From Candidatus Thorarchaeota archaeon (lineage in GTDB: Archaea > Asgardarchaeota > Thorarchaeia > Thorarchaeales > Thorarchaeaceae), in the NCBI GenBank assembly GCA_019057475.1, contig DXJO01000006.1, positions 64,001-128,000 of the forward strand: a stretch of DNA of 64,000 nt, written 5' to 3'. The translations under genes and the position numbers were made by a program. The notes beneath the pieces were generated by a model. The model saw only the letters and a program-made list of their open reading frames with translations. It did no database searches and was not told where the DNA came from. Positions within the stretch are counted from its first letter, which is position 1. Every line of letters starts with the position of its first letter. Positions 47,233-57,614 of this stretch are shown here, piece after piece.

Positions 47233-48327
47233 CTACCGTTTGACTCTCTTTTTCTTCTTCGTAATCCTACGGATAAGCTTGTAGATGATAAAGAGAATTA
47301 GCAAGAGTCCAACAATAGCGCCATAACCAAGCAGTAAATTCTGGTTCAAGAACCCTCCAGTCCAGTCCAAAACCGGCAGACCCAACAAGAACTGGTTGAG
47401 ATCCTGTAGAATAACGTCTAGACCGATTGTGACGAGGAAGCTACTCACAATGGTCAGCATCGTCGATACGATAATCGAGAGAGATACCCAAGTGATTGAT
47501 GTGGGCTCAAAGTACATCAAATACATCATAAAGCTGAAGAACCCAACAACAATAATTGTGCCCACGTAGTCTCTCGCCTTGAACGAGAGATCCTCGACAT
47601 TGGTCCGGTCTTCACGAGCTCCAAATGCTCTTGCATTGATGGCCACCTCAAGGTCCATTGCGCGGCGAAACATCAGAAGAAGGAGTGGCGTTATGATGGG
47701 GACGTACGCTCTCCTGAGCTTCTGATACATGTTGGCAGCATCAATGTCAAACCCCCTGATTTTTTGAGCCTCTATGATAGCGTCCATGCTTTCCTGAACC
47801 AGAGGGACAAACCTCATAGCTGTGATGAACATGAAAATAATTTTCTGAGGAACGCGTATCTTCGCAAGTGCACCGCTAATCTTGGTCATTGGGGAAGTCA
47901 TTGTGAAGATGGGTACGACAGTGACTACAGCAATGACCCGGAGCATAACAAGCAGACCATACATTATTCCGCCGATTGTTATCTCACCATAATTGACCAT
48001 AACATTTCCATGCTCGTCGGGCCAGGGCAAATCAAACAGCTGCAGGATTACTGTGCTATCGCCAAACCTGTAGGTTAGTCCTTGCACCAAGAACAGAAAC
48101 ACGAAGAGCATACTCAACAGCTTTAGCAGGAACCCCAGGCTGCTAAGCTCGATTTTTCCAACAAGCCACCATAGAGAGGCGAACGATATCCAAATTAGGA
48201 GTATGCTGATATGCTCGATGCTCGTGCATTGGACAACTAAGATGAGCGCCAAAAACATAAGGAGCAGCTTCACAAGAGGACTCATTCTATCCAGAGGTGT
48301 GTCCTTTTTGACGTACTCGAACGCCAT
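47233..48327 (-). CDS. ecfT: ECF transporter T component
   Basis: RFVP...AQKIRG and ARAF motifs; C-terminal TM extension. Confidence 0.87.
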   Translation of the reverse strand: MAFEYVKKDTPLDRMSPLVKLLLMFLALILVVQCTSIEHISILLIWISFASLWWLVGKIELSSLGFLLKLLSMLFVFLFLVQGLTYRFGDSTVILQLFDLPWPDEHGNVMVNYGEITIGGIMYGLLVMLRVIAVVTVVPIFTMTSPMTKISGALAKIRVPQKIIFMFITAMRFVPLVQESMDAIIEAQKIRGFDIDAANMYQKLRRAYVPIITPLLLLMFRRAMDLEVAINARAFGAREDRTNVEDLSFKARDYVGTIIVVGFFSFMMYLMYFEPTSITWVSLSIIVSTMLTIVSSFLVTIGLDVILQDLNQFLLGLPVLDWTGGFLNQNLLLGYGAIVGLLLILFIIYKLIRRITKKKKRVKR

Positions 48328-48329
48328 GC

Positions 48330-50081
48330 CTAGGCACCTCCTGCCTTGAAACAGGCAAGCATTTCATCGACAGTCACCAAGTTCTTTTCTATGCCGTAGC
48401 CTTCAAGCTTCTGAGAGAGCTGTATGATTTGAGGAGGCTTTAGAAATGCCTTATCCATGACCTCATGCATACTGAAGACTTCACGCTTTGGACCATCAGC
48501 GATAATTATCCCCTCGACCATAACAACGAGCCGATCTGCATACTGAGCAACAAGGTCCATATCGTGCGAGATCATGACGATTGTCTTTCCCTTCTCTCGC
48601 ATGCGTGTGGCAATTTGACACAGTGCGTGACGCCCTTGGTAATCCTGTGCAGTAGTTGGTTCATCCAGAATCAAGATATCAGGATCCATTGCAATCCCAG
48701 CTGCAGCTGCTACCTTCCGGCGGTCGCCAAAGCTCAATCTGAATGGAAAGATGTCCCGCATATCCTCCAGACCCGCTTCTTTCAAACTCTCTTCCACTCG
48801 CCGGGCTATTTCGTCCTCAGGGAGGCCCAAATTCCTCAAACCGAACTCGAGCTCCTTCTCTACACTTATGCAAAAGAGCTGGTAGTCAGGATTCTGCAAT
48901 ATCAATGCAATGCTCTTTGCAATGCTGCCCGTGGTTAATTCCGATACATCTTCACCCTCGACCTTTGTCACTCCTTCGGTGGCCTCTAGAAGTCCCAGAA
49001 AATGTTTTACCAGGGTTGTTTTGCCGCTCCCATTCTGGCCAACAATCGCCACAATCTCACCTCGCTTGATTTTGAGATTAATACCCCTGAGGGCAGTTAC
49101 TGGTATTCTTGCCGGATATACGAAAGTAACATTCTCAACTTCAAGCACAGTTTCGTCAGACATCGGTGGCGCAGGAAGCGGTTCCGTCCATTCCACTTGG
49201 AAAAATCCTTCGTCCAATAGTTCCTTGAGCATAGAGTAGGACTCGTCCAGGGTCAGCGGTAAGCCCCCGATCCGCTCTAATCTCTCTTGGAACCCTGGAA
49301 TTTTCTTGGCCATCTTGGCGGCGAGTACGGTTACCGCAGGCGGGTTTACACCAACACTATCTAACAGCTCAGTCTGTGCAAAGACATCCTTTGGGGTACC
49401 TAAGGCCATGACACGACCATCACTTAGAACTAGAACTTTTGACGCCAGTCTGGCAATCTCGTCTGTCTTATGACTGGTGATGAGAATCGTCATGTCTTCT
49501 GTGTTTGCCAGCTGCTTTATGACATCGAATACCTCAGTTGTGCCGATTGGGTCCAGCTGGCTTGTTGGCTCATCTAGAATTAAGACCTCCGGGAGCATCG
49601 TAAGTCCCGCAGCTAATGCAACTCGCTGTTTCTGGCCGCCACTCAACTCTTTGGGCTTTCGTTCTTCAAGGCCGTCAATACCACAGACTTTGGCCGCCCA
49701 AGCTGCACGCCGAAGTATCTCATCCCGTTCGACTGCAAGATTCGCCGGACCAAAGAATAACTCTGAAGCAACATTCGTAGTTGTGAACTGAGACTCTGGA
49801 TCTTGGAGAACCATCGATACTTTGCTTGCGAGCTGAATAATGGGTGTTTCCCACGGATCCAGACCACAAAGGCTGATCGACCCCTTTTCGACTCCGGTGT
49901 AGACCGTGGGAATTATCCCATTCAGATGGAAACATAGTGTTGTTTTCCCCGCACCATTCGCTCCGAGAATTCCAAGTATCTCGCCCTTCTTGACTTCGAA
50001 ACTAACTTCATGCAAAGCAAGAGGACCACGCTCATAGGTGAAAGTGACATTATTCACTTTTGCTGTCGAGTATTCAGTCAT
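48330..50081 (-). CDS. ecfA: ECF transporter fused double ATPase
   Basis: Two Walker A motifs (GANGAGKTT, GQNGSGKTT), QDPESQ/QNPDYQ Q-helices, LSGGQ/LSFGD. Probable start at 50081. Confidence 0.9.
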   Translation of the reverse strand: MTEYSTAKVNNVTFTYERGPLALHEVSFEVKKGEILGILGANGAGKTTLCFHLNGIIPTVYTGVEKGSISLCGLDPWETPIIQLASKVSMVLQDPESQFTTTNVASELFFGPANLAVERDEILRRAAWAAKVCGIDGLEERKPKELSGGQKQRVALAAGLTMLPEVLILDEPTSQLDPIGTTEVFDVIKQLANTEDMTILITSHKTDEIARLASKVLVLSDGRVMALGTPKDVFAQTELLDSVGVNPPAVTVLAAKMAKKIPGFQERLERIGGLPLTLDESYSMLKELLDEGFFQVEWTEPLPAPPMSDETVLEVENVTFVYPARIPVTALRGINLKIKRGEIVAIVGQNGSGKTTLVKHFLGLLEATEGVTKVEGEDVSELTTGSIAKSIALILQNPDYQLFCISVEKELEFGLRNLGLPEDEIARRVEESLKEAGLEDMRDIFPFRLSFGDRRKVAAAAGIAMDPDILILDEPTTAQDYQGRHALCQIATRMREKGKTIVMISHDMDLVAQYADRLVVMVEGIIIADGPKREVFSMHEVMDKAFLKPPQIIQLSQKLEGYGIEKNLVTVDEMLACFKAGGA

Positions 50082-50240
50082 TATCGCAGGCTCCACCAGA
50101 TAATCGCGCATTCCTTCTATAAGATATATCTCTTCCTTTGCAAATGTCTGTCAAAGGCAATCAGTCACTCTATTCGACTTACCAACGATGTATGCAAATC
50201 AGGAGCATGAAGTTGGCTTATGACCTCAGCTGATAAGGGC

Positions 50241-50280
50241 AAGAAAAGAAAATATGGCACTGGCCAGAAAAGGCCAGTGC
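50241..50280 (-). terminator. perfect 9-bp hairpin plus U-tract after the ECF S gene
   Basis: GCACTGGCC-agaaaa-GGCCAGTGC followed on the minus strand by TTTTCTTTTCTT. Confidence 0.7.
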
Positions 50281-50293
50281 TCGTTGTTTCGCA

Positions 50294-51076
50294 TCACCAA
50301 ATGGCATCTGGAATACGGGGCAAGCCGCTTCTCTTAAGCGCCTCTACAATCGGTATTGCGATGATGGTCGTAAGGATGGCTAGCACAGGCCACCACACAG
50401 TGTAGCCTATGTTCGTCCCGGTCGCAAGTGCCATTGGATATGTAAAGATGTACCAGTACGGCGCTGCCCACCAGTAATAGAACGCCATGAAACCCATTAG
50501 AAACACGAGGAAGACGCCAAGATACTGCATTTTGGGATCATCCCCTCGGCACCATTCTGGAATCAGTTTCCTACCTATTGGCGTAAGCGTTATGATTAGC
50601 CACGGAAGCCAGAAGACAGGTGTTGTCGCAAAAAACGTAAGAGTCGCAGGTTCCCCAGGTATTGTGGGCCAGACATATGGGAAGACAATGAACATCACTC
50701 CCGTGATAACTAGGGCGACAACTGTCAATATCCAAGCAATGATCTTGTTTGTGTTGACAAACAAAGCGGTAAACACCGCAGGCATTATTCCTGTGAGCAG
50801 CACATCCAAAAGGCCTAATGGGAACATGGCAGGACTCACGAACATGCCAATAATCCCTCCGATAATTGCGGCTATTATCCCGCCAATCGGGCCAAGTATA
50901 AGCGGACCGATGGCAGTGAACACAACTGATAGAGGTACAAAACCTCCACCTCCGAAGTATGGGAATATCGGGACCAGGGCAAGTGCGCCGTTTATCGCAC
51001 CGTAGACTGCAATAAAGGCAATATTGGCTCCTCCGTATCCCATCGGGGCTCTCTCTCTCGTTCGTTCTTCTGTCAC
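50294..51076 (-). CDS. ECF transporter substrate-specific S component
   Basis: NIAFIAVYGA...PIFP...LILGPIGGIIAAIIG. GTG start at 51076 behind GGAGG; upstream of ecfA/ecfT. Confidence 0.8.
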   Translation of the reverse strand: MTEERTRERAPMGYGGANIAFIAVYGAINGALALVPIFPYFGGGGFVPLSVVFTAIGPLILGPIGGIIAAIIGGIIGMFVSPAMFPLGLLDVLLTGIMPAVFTALFVNTNKIIAWILTVVALVITGVMFIVFPYVWPTIPGEPATLTFFATTPVFWLPWLIITLTPIGRKLIPEWCRGDDPKMQYLGVFLVFLMGFMAFYYWWAAPYWYIFTYPMALATGTNIGYTVWWPVLAILTTIIAIPIVEALKRSGLPRIPDAIW

Positions 51077-51470
51077 GCGAATTTCCTCCCAGTAGGTTAT
51101 TAGCCTACTAGTAAAAACGATACTCATAAAGCTGAACCGACTTATATCAGTTGGCTAATCGCGAGCCAATAATACAGCAGCATTGTTCAGTTACGAATAG
51201 AAGCATTCTGCTTAACTGACGCTCGTTTTCTGGCTAGTTCACGGCATACAGACAGGTTGAGCTAGCGAATGGTCATTAAGGTCCTATTGGCATTCAAAGC
51301 TGCGTTTTCAACCATTGTTTTGCAGTGTGCCCCATTCTTTCTAATTTATGACAGGAAAAGGGCCTCAGGTTCGAAAAGCACGACTCGGAATGTTCAAATC
51401 GTGGAATCGATGAAGTAGTTCCCATTGTTACCTACGATTTAATGCGGCCATTCTCCTATGGTGAAACAAT

Positions 51471-52121
51471 ATGGGAACCAAAAAAATCCTTGAGATTCTC
51501 AAGCAAACCATTATTGATGGAAACCGAAAGGCCACTCCTGCGCTCGCGCAGAAGGCAATTGATATGGAAGTCCCCCCCTATACCATTGTGACAGATGCAT
51601 GCTCACCGGCAATGGCTGAGGTTGGAGAGCTCTATCAGCAAGGTGAGTACTTCGTCCCTGAGATTCTAATGTCAGCCAAGGCATTTGAGTCTGCAATGGC
51701 CATTATTGAACCACTTCTCAAGAGCAAGAAGTTGGAGCTCGCTGGCACCGTAGTCCTTGGAGTCTGCGAGGGTGACATACACTCAATCGGAAAGAACTTG
51801 GTTGCCACCATGTTGGAGGCGGGCGGGTTCAACGTCATCGACTTGGGTACAGATGTACCCGCGAAGAAGTTCATCGCAACCGCCATCAAGAGCAACGCTG
51901 ACATTATTGGGGTTTCTGCTCTGATGACCACATCGATGATTGGTATGAAAGACATCGTACATATGGTGAAAGAAGAAGGACTGGGCGTGAAAGTCATGGT
52001 GGGTGGAGGACCAGTCAACCAAGAGTACGCAGATTCGATTGGGGCAAATGCATACGGTCGGGATGCGATGGATGCCGTAAGAGTGGCGAGGAATCTCATG
52101 GAAGACATAAGGGGGTCGTAA
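51471..52121 (+). CDS. methyltransferase cognate corrinoid protein (MtbC/MttC-like)
   Basis: Cap domain (GEYFVPEIL) and DIHSIGKNLV B12 motif; SALMTT and VGGGP. Confidence 0.92.
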   Translation: MGTKKILEILKQTIIDGNRKATPALAQKAIDMEVPPYTIVTDACSPAMAEVGELYQQGEYFVPEILMSAKAFESAMAIIEPLLKSKKLELAGTVVLGVCEGDIHSIGKNLVATMLEAGGFNVIDLGTDVPAKKFIATAIKSNADIIGVSALMTTSMIGMKDIVHMVKEEGLGVKVMVGGGPVNQEYADSIGANAYGRDAMDAVRVARNLMEDIRGS

Positions 52122-52125
52122 GTCT

Positions 52126-53145
52126 ATGCAATCTGGCAAGGAACTCATTGACACTGCTTTGTATGGCGGCATTCCCGAGAGGATTCCAGTATCCATAGTA
52201 TCAACAGCTTGGATCTTCAATAACTACGGCCAGGACTTGGCATTGGTTGATCGCGACGGAGAGCAGATGGCAAAATCCTGGCTCGCGTTCAATAGGGACT
52301 TCGGAGCGGACTCCGTGTGCCCAATGCTTAGCCCTATGCTTATCCCCGAATATTATGGATCTGAACTGAGAATACCGCAAGGCGGTTTTCCGCTTCTCGT
52401 CAAGCCGGCAATTCAGGAGCCAGCGGATCTTGACAAACTTGAAGCGTTTGATCCAGCTGGAGCGCCTCGAGTTGCGGCCGCTGTCGATTGTGTGAAAAGA
52501 CTAGTCAAGGAGATAGGTTCGACCACATTCATCTGGTTGGTGTGCATAGGGCCCATTTCAACCCTCTCCCGCCTAATGGACACTCAGCTAATCATGGAGT
52601 GTCTTGTGGAGGACCCCGGGTTTATTGAGCGTGCTTTCGAGTTCAGCGTTGAGGTTTTCAAAACAACAATGGAGCCTCTCATTGAAAGCGGCGTAGATGC
52701 AATTGATTTTTCTGACCCCGTCGCGTCTCCTGATATGGTTTCGCCACGAATGTACAAACGATTCTTCTGGAAACATGACAGAGAGGTCGCGAAATGGATT
52801 CAATCCAAAGGTGTTCATGCCATCTACCACATCTGTGGAGATGTACTTAGAATAATCGAGGAGATGCAAAACACAACAGCAAGGGGGTTGAGTGTTGACG
52901 CGCCATTAGACCTTGCACAGGCAAGAGATAGGGTTCCTGACGCAACACTGATTGGAAATGTGGACCCAGCTAACATCATCATGAATGGCACACCCGCTAC
53001 AGTGACAGCCGCTTGCGAGGCGGCAATGATACAGGGTGGATCTAATGGTAGGTTCATCTTGGCTCCAGGCTGCGATGTGCCGCCAACATCTCCATCTCGG
53101 AATATCGATGCGATGATTCGTGCAGCCAGGCAATTCAGACACTAA
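52126..53145 (+). CDS. MtaA/CmuA-type methyltransferase (UroD fold)
   Basis: HICG, GNVDP and APGCD; directly downstream of the corrinoid gene. Confidence 0.82.
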   Translation: MQSGKELIDTALYGGIPERIPVSIVSTAWIFNNYGQDLALVDRDGEQMAKSWLAFNRDFGADSVCPMLSPMLIPEYYGSELRIPQGGFPLLVKPAIQEPADLDKLEAFDPAGAPRVAAAVDCVKRLVKEIGSTTFIWLVCIGPISTLSRLMDTQLIMECLVEDPGFIERAFEFSVEVFKTTMEPLIESGVDAIDFSDPVASPDMVSPRMYKRFFWKHDREVAKWIQSKGVHAIYHICGDVLRIIEEMQNTTARGLSVDAPLDLAQARDRVPDATLIGNVDPANIIMNGTPATVTAACEAAMIQGGSNGRFILAPGCDVPPTSPSRNIDAMIRAARQFRH

Positions 53146-53371
53146 TCCAATCCAGTTTCAGTGTTTGAATGGGTTCTTGGACCGATGCATCACTTCTAGC
53201 ATTCGCTAGTAGTTGTATGTGATTGATTATGTGCCATTGTCGTCCCTACGTCACCTAATCTCTCCTCTTGCACAATCAAAGATAACAGCCAGGATTGAAG
53301 TCGATGCCGCTATTACGATCGCCATAATTGCACGCAGCATACTGAAGCTCCAGCCTAGTTTTCCGGCTGTT

Positions 53372-55408
53372 CTATACGGCTCTTCTTCTTCTTGTGAAGT
53401 CGACAACCACGAATACTATCATGATGACTGCGGCGCCGTAGAGAGCGATACTTGTGACATCACCCAGCGGGATATTAAAGAACCCCCATCCTGAGGGGCT
53501 TGGGTCCAGGTATACAAGCAATCGGATGTCTAGGTTATAGTAGTCCGGGTTGTCCACGTTGACTGAGGAATCTGCCATGTAGATGCGACCACTTGAATCG
53601 CAATCCATAAGGCCCGGATAGAACCCGTAGGAAATAGGATAGGTGTCGTCTGACATGGTTCTATTCCATATCTGGCTCCCGTATATATCGTACTTGGCAA
53701 GGTAATGTGTGATTCCCCCACTGGAGTGCGTATAGAACCAGAAGTATGCATTGCCGTCTGCAGTAGTCGTCAGAGCTCCCGGAACAACATGTTCCTCCCA
53801 CATATCACCGAATGAAATCTCAAGAGATATGTTGGTGATTGGCTCCCTGTTAGTTTGCCAAACAACAAGACGGGGTTCCCTTGGCTCGACAGGTAATTCG
53901 TACATCGACGGCGTCTGCACTGCATAAGCGTACCCATTCGGAGCAACGCTCATGCACATGAAAGTGCCATTCTTGAACCATATGATATTGCCATCGCTGT
54001 CCCATTTTGTTATCTGATTGAGTGTAGATGTGTAGACATAACCATCGCTCGTGATTCCAATTGTCTGTCCAAGCATCCAGAAGGAGTCCTTGATGGAAAC
54101 ATTCCATATCATCTCTAGGTTGGAATCGAACTTGCCGAGATAAGTTTCTAGGGTAAGCGGATCGTTTTCATCCTGAACTATGTACGCAACATATAGTGAC
54201 CCATCTGGTCCTGTGTCTGCGCCAATGGCAGCATCAAGAGTCCCGAAATTATATGTACGTTCGAGATTCTTATTTCCATACAAATCCCATTTTATAAGGA
54301 CCGTGTTAGGTTCGAACGGGAATGTAGTGTTTCTGAAGCTGTATCCTACGGTGTACACATAGTTGCCATATGTCGCCACATCGAAGCCAAACATCATTAC
54401 CGAATCATTACCTGCTGTCCGCGCCCAAGAAACATTTGCCTGAGAATCCCACTTCACCAAGAGAAGATTAGGGTCGCTCGTCAAGTACGGGTCATCCACG
54501 GATGAATCTGTACCTACAGTATAGATTGCTCCATCAGGGCTGACATCTATTCCGATGACCTGTTCGTTTCGATCTGTTCTACCCCATGTCTTGTTTTCCA
54601 GCGGCTGAATCATTTCGTCAGGTAAGGTTTCTTTGAGGAGCACCCAAGCATCGAAGTGGGTGACCATTAGGGTCACGGAACCATCATAAGTCAGCCACGG
54701 AGTACCGCCGTAGTAGTTCACGAAGGTATCAGTTGGAGCAAGTCCTATCGCAAAAGTCAACTCATCGCTTGGGTCCTCTTGGTGCCCCGCATCGTTCTCA
54801 ATCATTCCACCCCATGCGTTGTAGATGTCAAAGCCAAAAAGCGAGATGTTATGTGAACCGATATGACCGTTCACGTACGGTGGATATGACCCATAGATTT
54901 CTTCCCAATCACCCGACGAGTCAATAAGCCAAACATAGACACGAAACATGAGCTCACTTGCGTAGAAGTCCCCAGTCCTAACGATACCGTAGTCAATGGT
55001 GATATCAACATCTGATGGCAGGACGTTGTACTCCCATTCAACTGTCTGCTTGAAGTAGACGAACTCCATAGTATCAGGCATTTCTGAATTATAGGGACTT
55101 CGAGTGTGTATCTCGGTTCCTGAATCGTGATTCCATGTGAGGTTCAGATACCCATGGTTACCTCCAGCGTAGCCGTACTCGTAACCGAACTCGTTTGTGC
55201 CGCCCATTTCAACAACATCATTGGAGGAATCCAATAGGGGCCCCTCAATGAGTTCAAAGTACTCATATCCTGCCAGACTCACATTGTTTCCCATTGGAGC
55301 TGACAGAAACAAGGGAGCGGCAACAGATGTCACTGATAGCAATACACAGATAGTTAGCGCATACATTGTTGCGATTTTCCTGAAACTCAAATGCTTTCCT
55401 CCACCCAA
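53372..55408 (-). CDS. secreted membrane-anchored protein with beta-propeller (SBBP-like) repeats
   Basis: Signal peptide, repeated L.KWD..GN..W.. blades, C-terminal TM followed by RRRR. Confidence 0.8.
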   Translation of the reverse strand: MGGGKHLSFRKIATMYALTICVLLSVTSVAAPLFLSAPMGNNVSLAGYEYFELIEGPLLDSSNDVVEMGGTNEFGYEYGYAGGNHGYLNLTWNHDSGTEIHTRSPYNSEMPDTMEFVYFKQTVEWEYNVLPSDVDITIDYGIVRTGDFYASELMFRVYVWLIDSSGDWEEIYGSYPPYVNGHIGSHNISLFGFDIYNAWGGMIENDAGHQEDPSDELTFAIGLAPTDTFVNYYGGTPWLTYDGSVTLMVTHFDAWVLLKETLPDEMIQPLENKTWGRTDRNEQVIGIDVSPDGAIYTVGTDSSVDDPYLTSDPNLLLVKWDSQANVSWARTAGNDSVMMFGFDVATYGNYVYTVGYSFRNTTFPFEPNTVLIKWDLYGNKNLERTYNFGTLDAAIGADTGPDGSLYVAYIVQDENDPLTLETYLGKFDSNLEMIWNVSIKDSFWMLGQTIGITSDGYVYTSTLNQITKWDSDGNIIWFKNGTFMCMSVAPNGYAYAVQTPSMYELPVEPREPRLVVWQTNREPITNISLEISFGDMWEEHVVPGALTTTADGNAYFWFYTHSSGGITHYLAKYDIYGSQIWNRTMSDDTYPISYGFYPGLMDCDSSGRIYMADSSVNVDNPDYYNLDIRLLVYLDPSPSGWGFFNIPLGDVTSIALYGAAVIMIVFVVVDFTRRRRAV

Positions 55409-55483
55409 GCGAGAACCTCCCGCTGAATCACAGGTATACTAGCGCGCGAATCCAGATATTTCTTTGGCTTCACGTACTCATGC

Positions 55484-57427
55484 CTAAGTACGAAACCGGA
55501 GTCCTTTTCGTCGTCGTACGACATCACAGACCACAAGCACTGCGATAACGGAAAATGCTATGACCAAACCTGTCTCAGGCAGATTGAATGGGTCCACTGG
55601 ATAGTCTGAATCGAAATACACAAACATTCGAAGGCTGAGGTCTTCAGATTCGATATCGTACTGGCTTCCTATGATATGGATCAGTCCATTTCGACCTGGG
55701 ACCATCTTCCATCTAGGGTAGTAAACCGATTCATTGCTAAGTGGAGCAAGGCTCTTGTTCCACAGCTGTATGCCTGAGCTGTTGTATTTCGCAAGTCTAA
55801 ACCCTTGCTCGTCTTGGGGTATTCGAAAGAACATGTATAAGGAGCCGTCTGTCGCAATTTCCATGGAATGCAGCAAAATAGGCTCAGACCAAGTTTCTGT
55901 ATAGTGAATATCAATGGATTGATTCCAAAGAACAGTCCCATCCGAGTCACGTTTTACGAGATACATGTGTGGAACAAAGGAGCCATAGTACCATTCGCTG
56001 TATGTTGCTTCCGCGGTGTAAATTGAACCGTTTGGTGAAAGACATAGGTCGTAGAACAATCCTGTCTTATTCCACAAAAGATTGGCATCTTGGTCCCATT
56101 TTATGAAACTGTAGCGGCCTAACGCGTAGACATCACCCTCCTCAGACACCTCTAGCGAAGTGGATGCGAATGAATCTGTTCCCAAAGTTACTTCCCAAAT
56201 TACCGTACCTTCGTGGTTGATTTTAATCAGGTGTTCCGTTATCCCGCCCGAGCTCTCCCAAACGTATCCATAATGCCTGTAACCTGTAAGATAGATGGAA
56301 TCATCGTTGGCGATTTCAAGGTCGATTACCCAACTGAGGTCCAAGCTCAACTCCTTGGCTAATGTTAGTGCTCCATCTGAGCTCCACCTAAGTAGAATCG
56401 GGCTCATGTTACCTGGGCTTGAATCGTACATACCAATAGCGTACACGTTGTCACCGTAGACATCAATGGCGACACCATGGATTGTACATGAGCTATTCGT
56501 TTTGAAGGCCCATAGCACATCTGCGCGTTCATTCCATCGAATTAGAATTGTCCCATATGACACAGAGCCGGACTCTCTGGATAAGGAATATACTGTGCCA
56601 TCACCTGCATCCTCCACATCTACAAAAAACTCATAGCTGTTCCGAGATGTGTACCCAGCGTGTACAGGCTCAATCTCTTCAACAGCTGCCGGCCCACCGC
56701 GCAATGCCTTTACGCTAATGCCCTCAACTGTCATTGTCACGATGCCTGTGTAGCTGCTCCACGGCTCTGACCCAGTAGAAGGCTCAATGCATCGACGGCT
56801 GGGCGCGAATCCAATTGCCAGACGTATGTCGTTGAGAGGGTATTCCAGGTCAGACCATGCACTGTCTATAGTGTGTTCCCATAGGTTAATGAGAAATGAT
56901 TGAGGCGTTCCATTGATAGACGGTAACCAAGAGTAATAAATTGGTATCCAGTTTTGCGGAGTTATCAAGTAGACGAATGCCCTGAACTTGTCCCACCCTG
57001 ACTCATCCGTTTTGAATGTACCTGTTACATCAAACCCATACTCCATGATTACTTTGACTCTATACGGAGGGGAGCTACTCTCCCAAAGCAAAGGTTGGAA
57101 GAAATAGATGAAATCGTCACAGTCAATGAACTCGACGTCTGGAAACGCTGGAAAATCCAATTGAGTTCCCGCAGTATGATTCCAGATGAGAAGCGCTCTC
57201 CCGTCCTCACCGTCGGTGTCGTAGCTATGTGAGAATTCGCCTGATTCTCCGACGACTACAATCTCAGGTGGGTTGGCAATGTCTGGATCTATCACTAGTT
57301 CTTGTGACTCGAATTCCGCGAGCGCCTTGGCTCCTGAAGAAGCGTTAGTCAAGAGGGAGTCTTGAAGCGGATGAGCTCCGGAGAGGGATGCAAGTAGAAT
57401 GAATGTGATCGCAATTGTGCATATCAA
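55484..57427 (-). CDS. paralogous secreted membrane-anchored beta-propeller protein
   Basis: Shares WNH..GT and F.YF.Q...W in the N-domain, plus KWD blades, with its neighbour. Confidence 0.8.
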   Translation of the reverse strand: MICTIAITFILLASLSGAHPLQDSLLTNASSGAKALAEFESQELVIDPDIANPPEIVVVGESGEFSHSYDTDGEDGRALLIWNHTAGTQLDFPAFPDVEFIDCDDFIYFFQPLLWESSSPPYRVKVIMEYGFDVTGTFKTDESGWDKFRAFVYLITPQNWIPIYYSWLPSINGTPQSFLINLWEHTIDSAWSDLEYPLNDIRLAIGFAPSRRCIEPSTGSEPWSSYTGIVTMTVEGISVKALRGGPAAVEEIEPVHAGYTSRNSYEFFVDVEDAGDGTVYSLSRESGSVSYGTILIRWNERADVLWAFKTNSSCTIHGVAIDVYGDNVYAIGMYDSSPGNMSPILLRWSSDGALTLAKELSLDLSWVIDLEIANDDSIYLTGYRHYGYVWESSGGITEHLIKINHEGTVIWEVTLGTDSFASTSLEVSEEGDVYALGRYSFIKWDQDANLLWNKTGLFYDLCLSPNGSIYTAEATYSEWYYGSFVPHMYLVKRDSDGTVLWNQSIDIHYTETWSEPILLHSMEIATDGSLYMFFRIPQDEQGFRLAKYNSSGIQLWNKSLAPLSNESVYYPRWKMVPGRNGLIHIIGSQYDIESEDLSLRMFVYFDSDYPVDPFNLPETGLVIAFSVIAVLVVCDVVRRRKGLRFRT

Positions 57428-57614
57428 GGGTGTCCTCCTATTACGCAGTTCTAGTACCTCCCCATTTCAGCGAGATTGTTACCCCTTTGGATAGATGAAA
57501 TAGGTCGCAAAACCAGATATCTCTTGGGTTTCACGCGGAGATCGTGGTTTCATTGCAATAATGAACCTTCTAACCATAATTCTCAATTCCTCAAGGGATT
57601 TTGGTATCTCATTA

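Noticed and set aside
51077-51470. Cobalamin riboswitch or Pyl-containing methylamine methyltransferase near the corrinoid gene
   Set aside because: No B12-box consensus is visible and there is no room for an MtmB/MtbB/MttB ORF.
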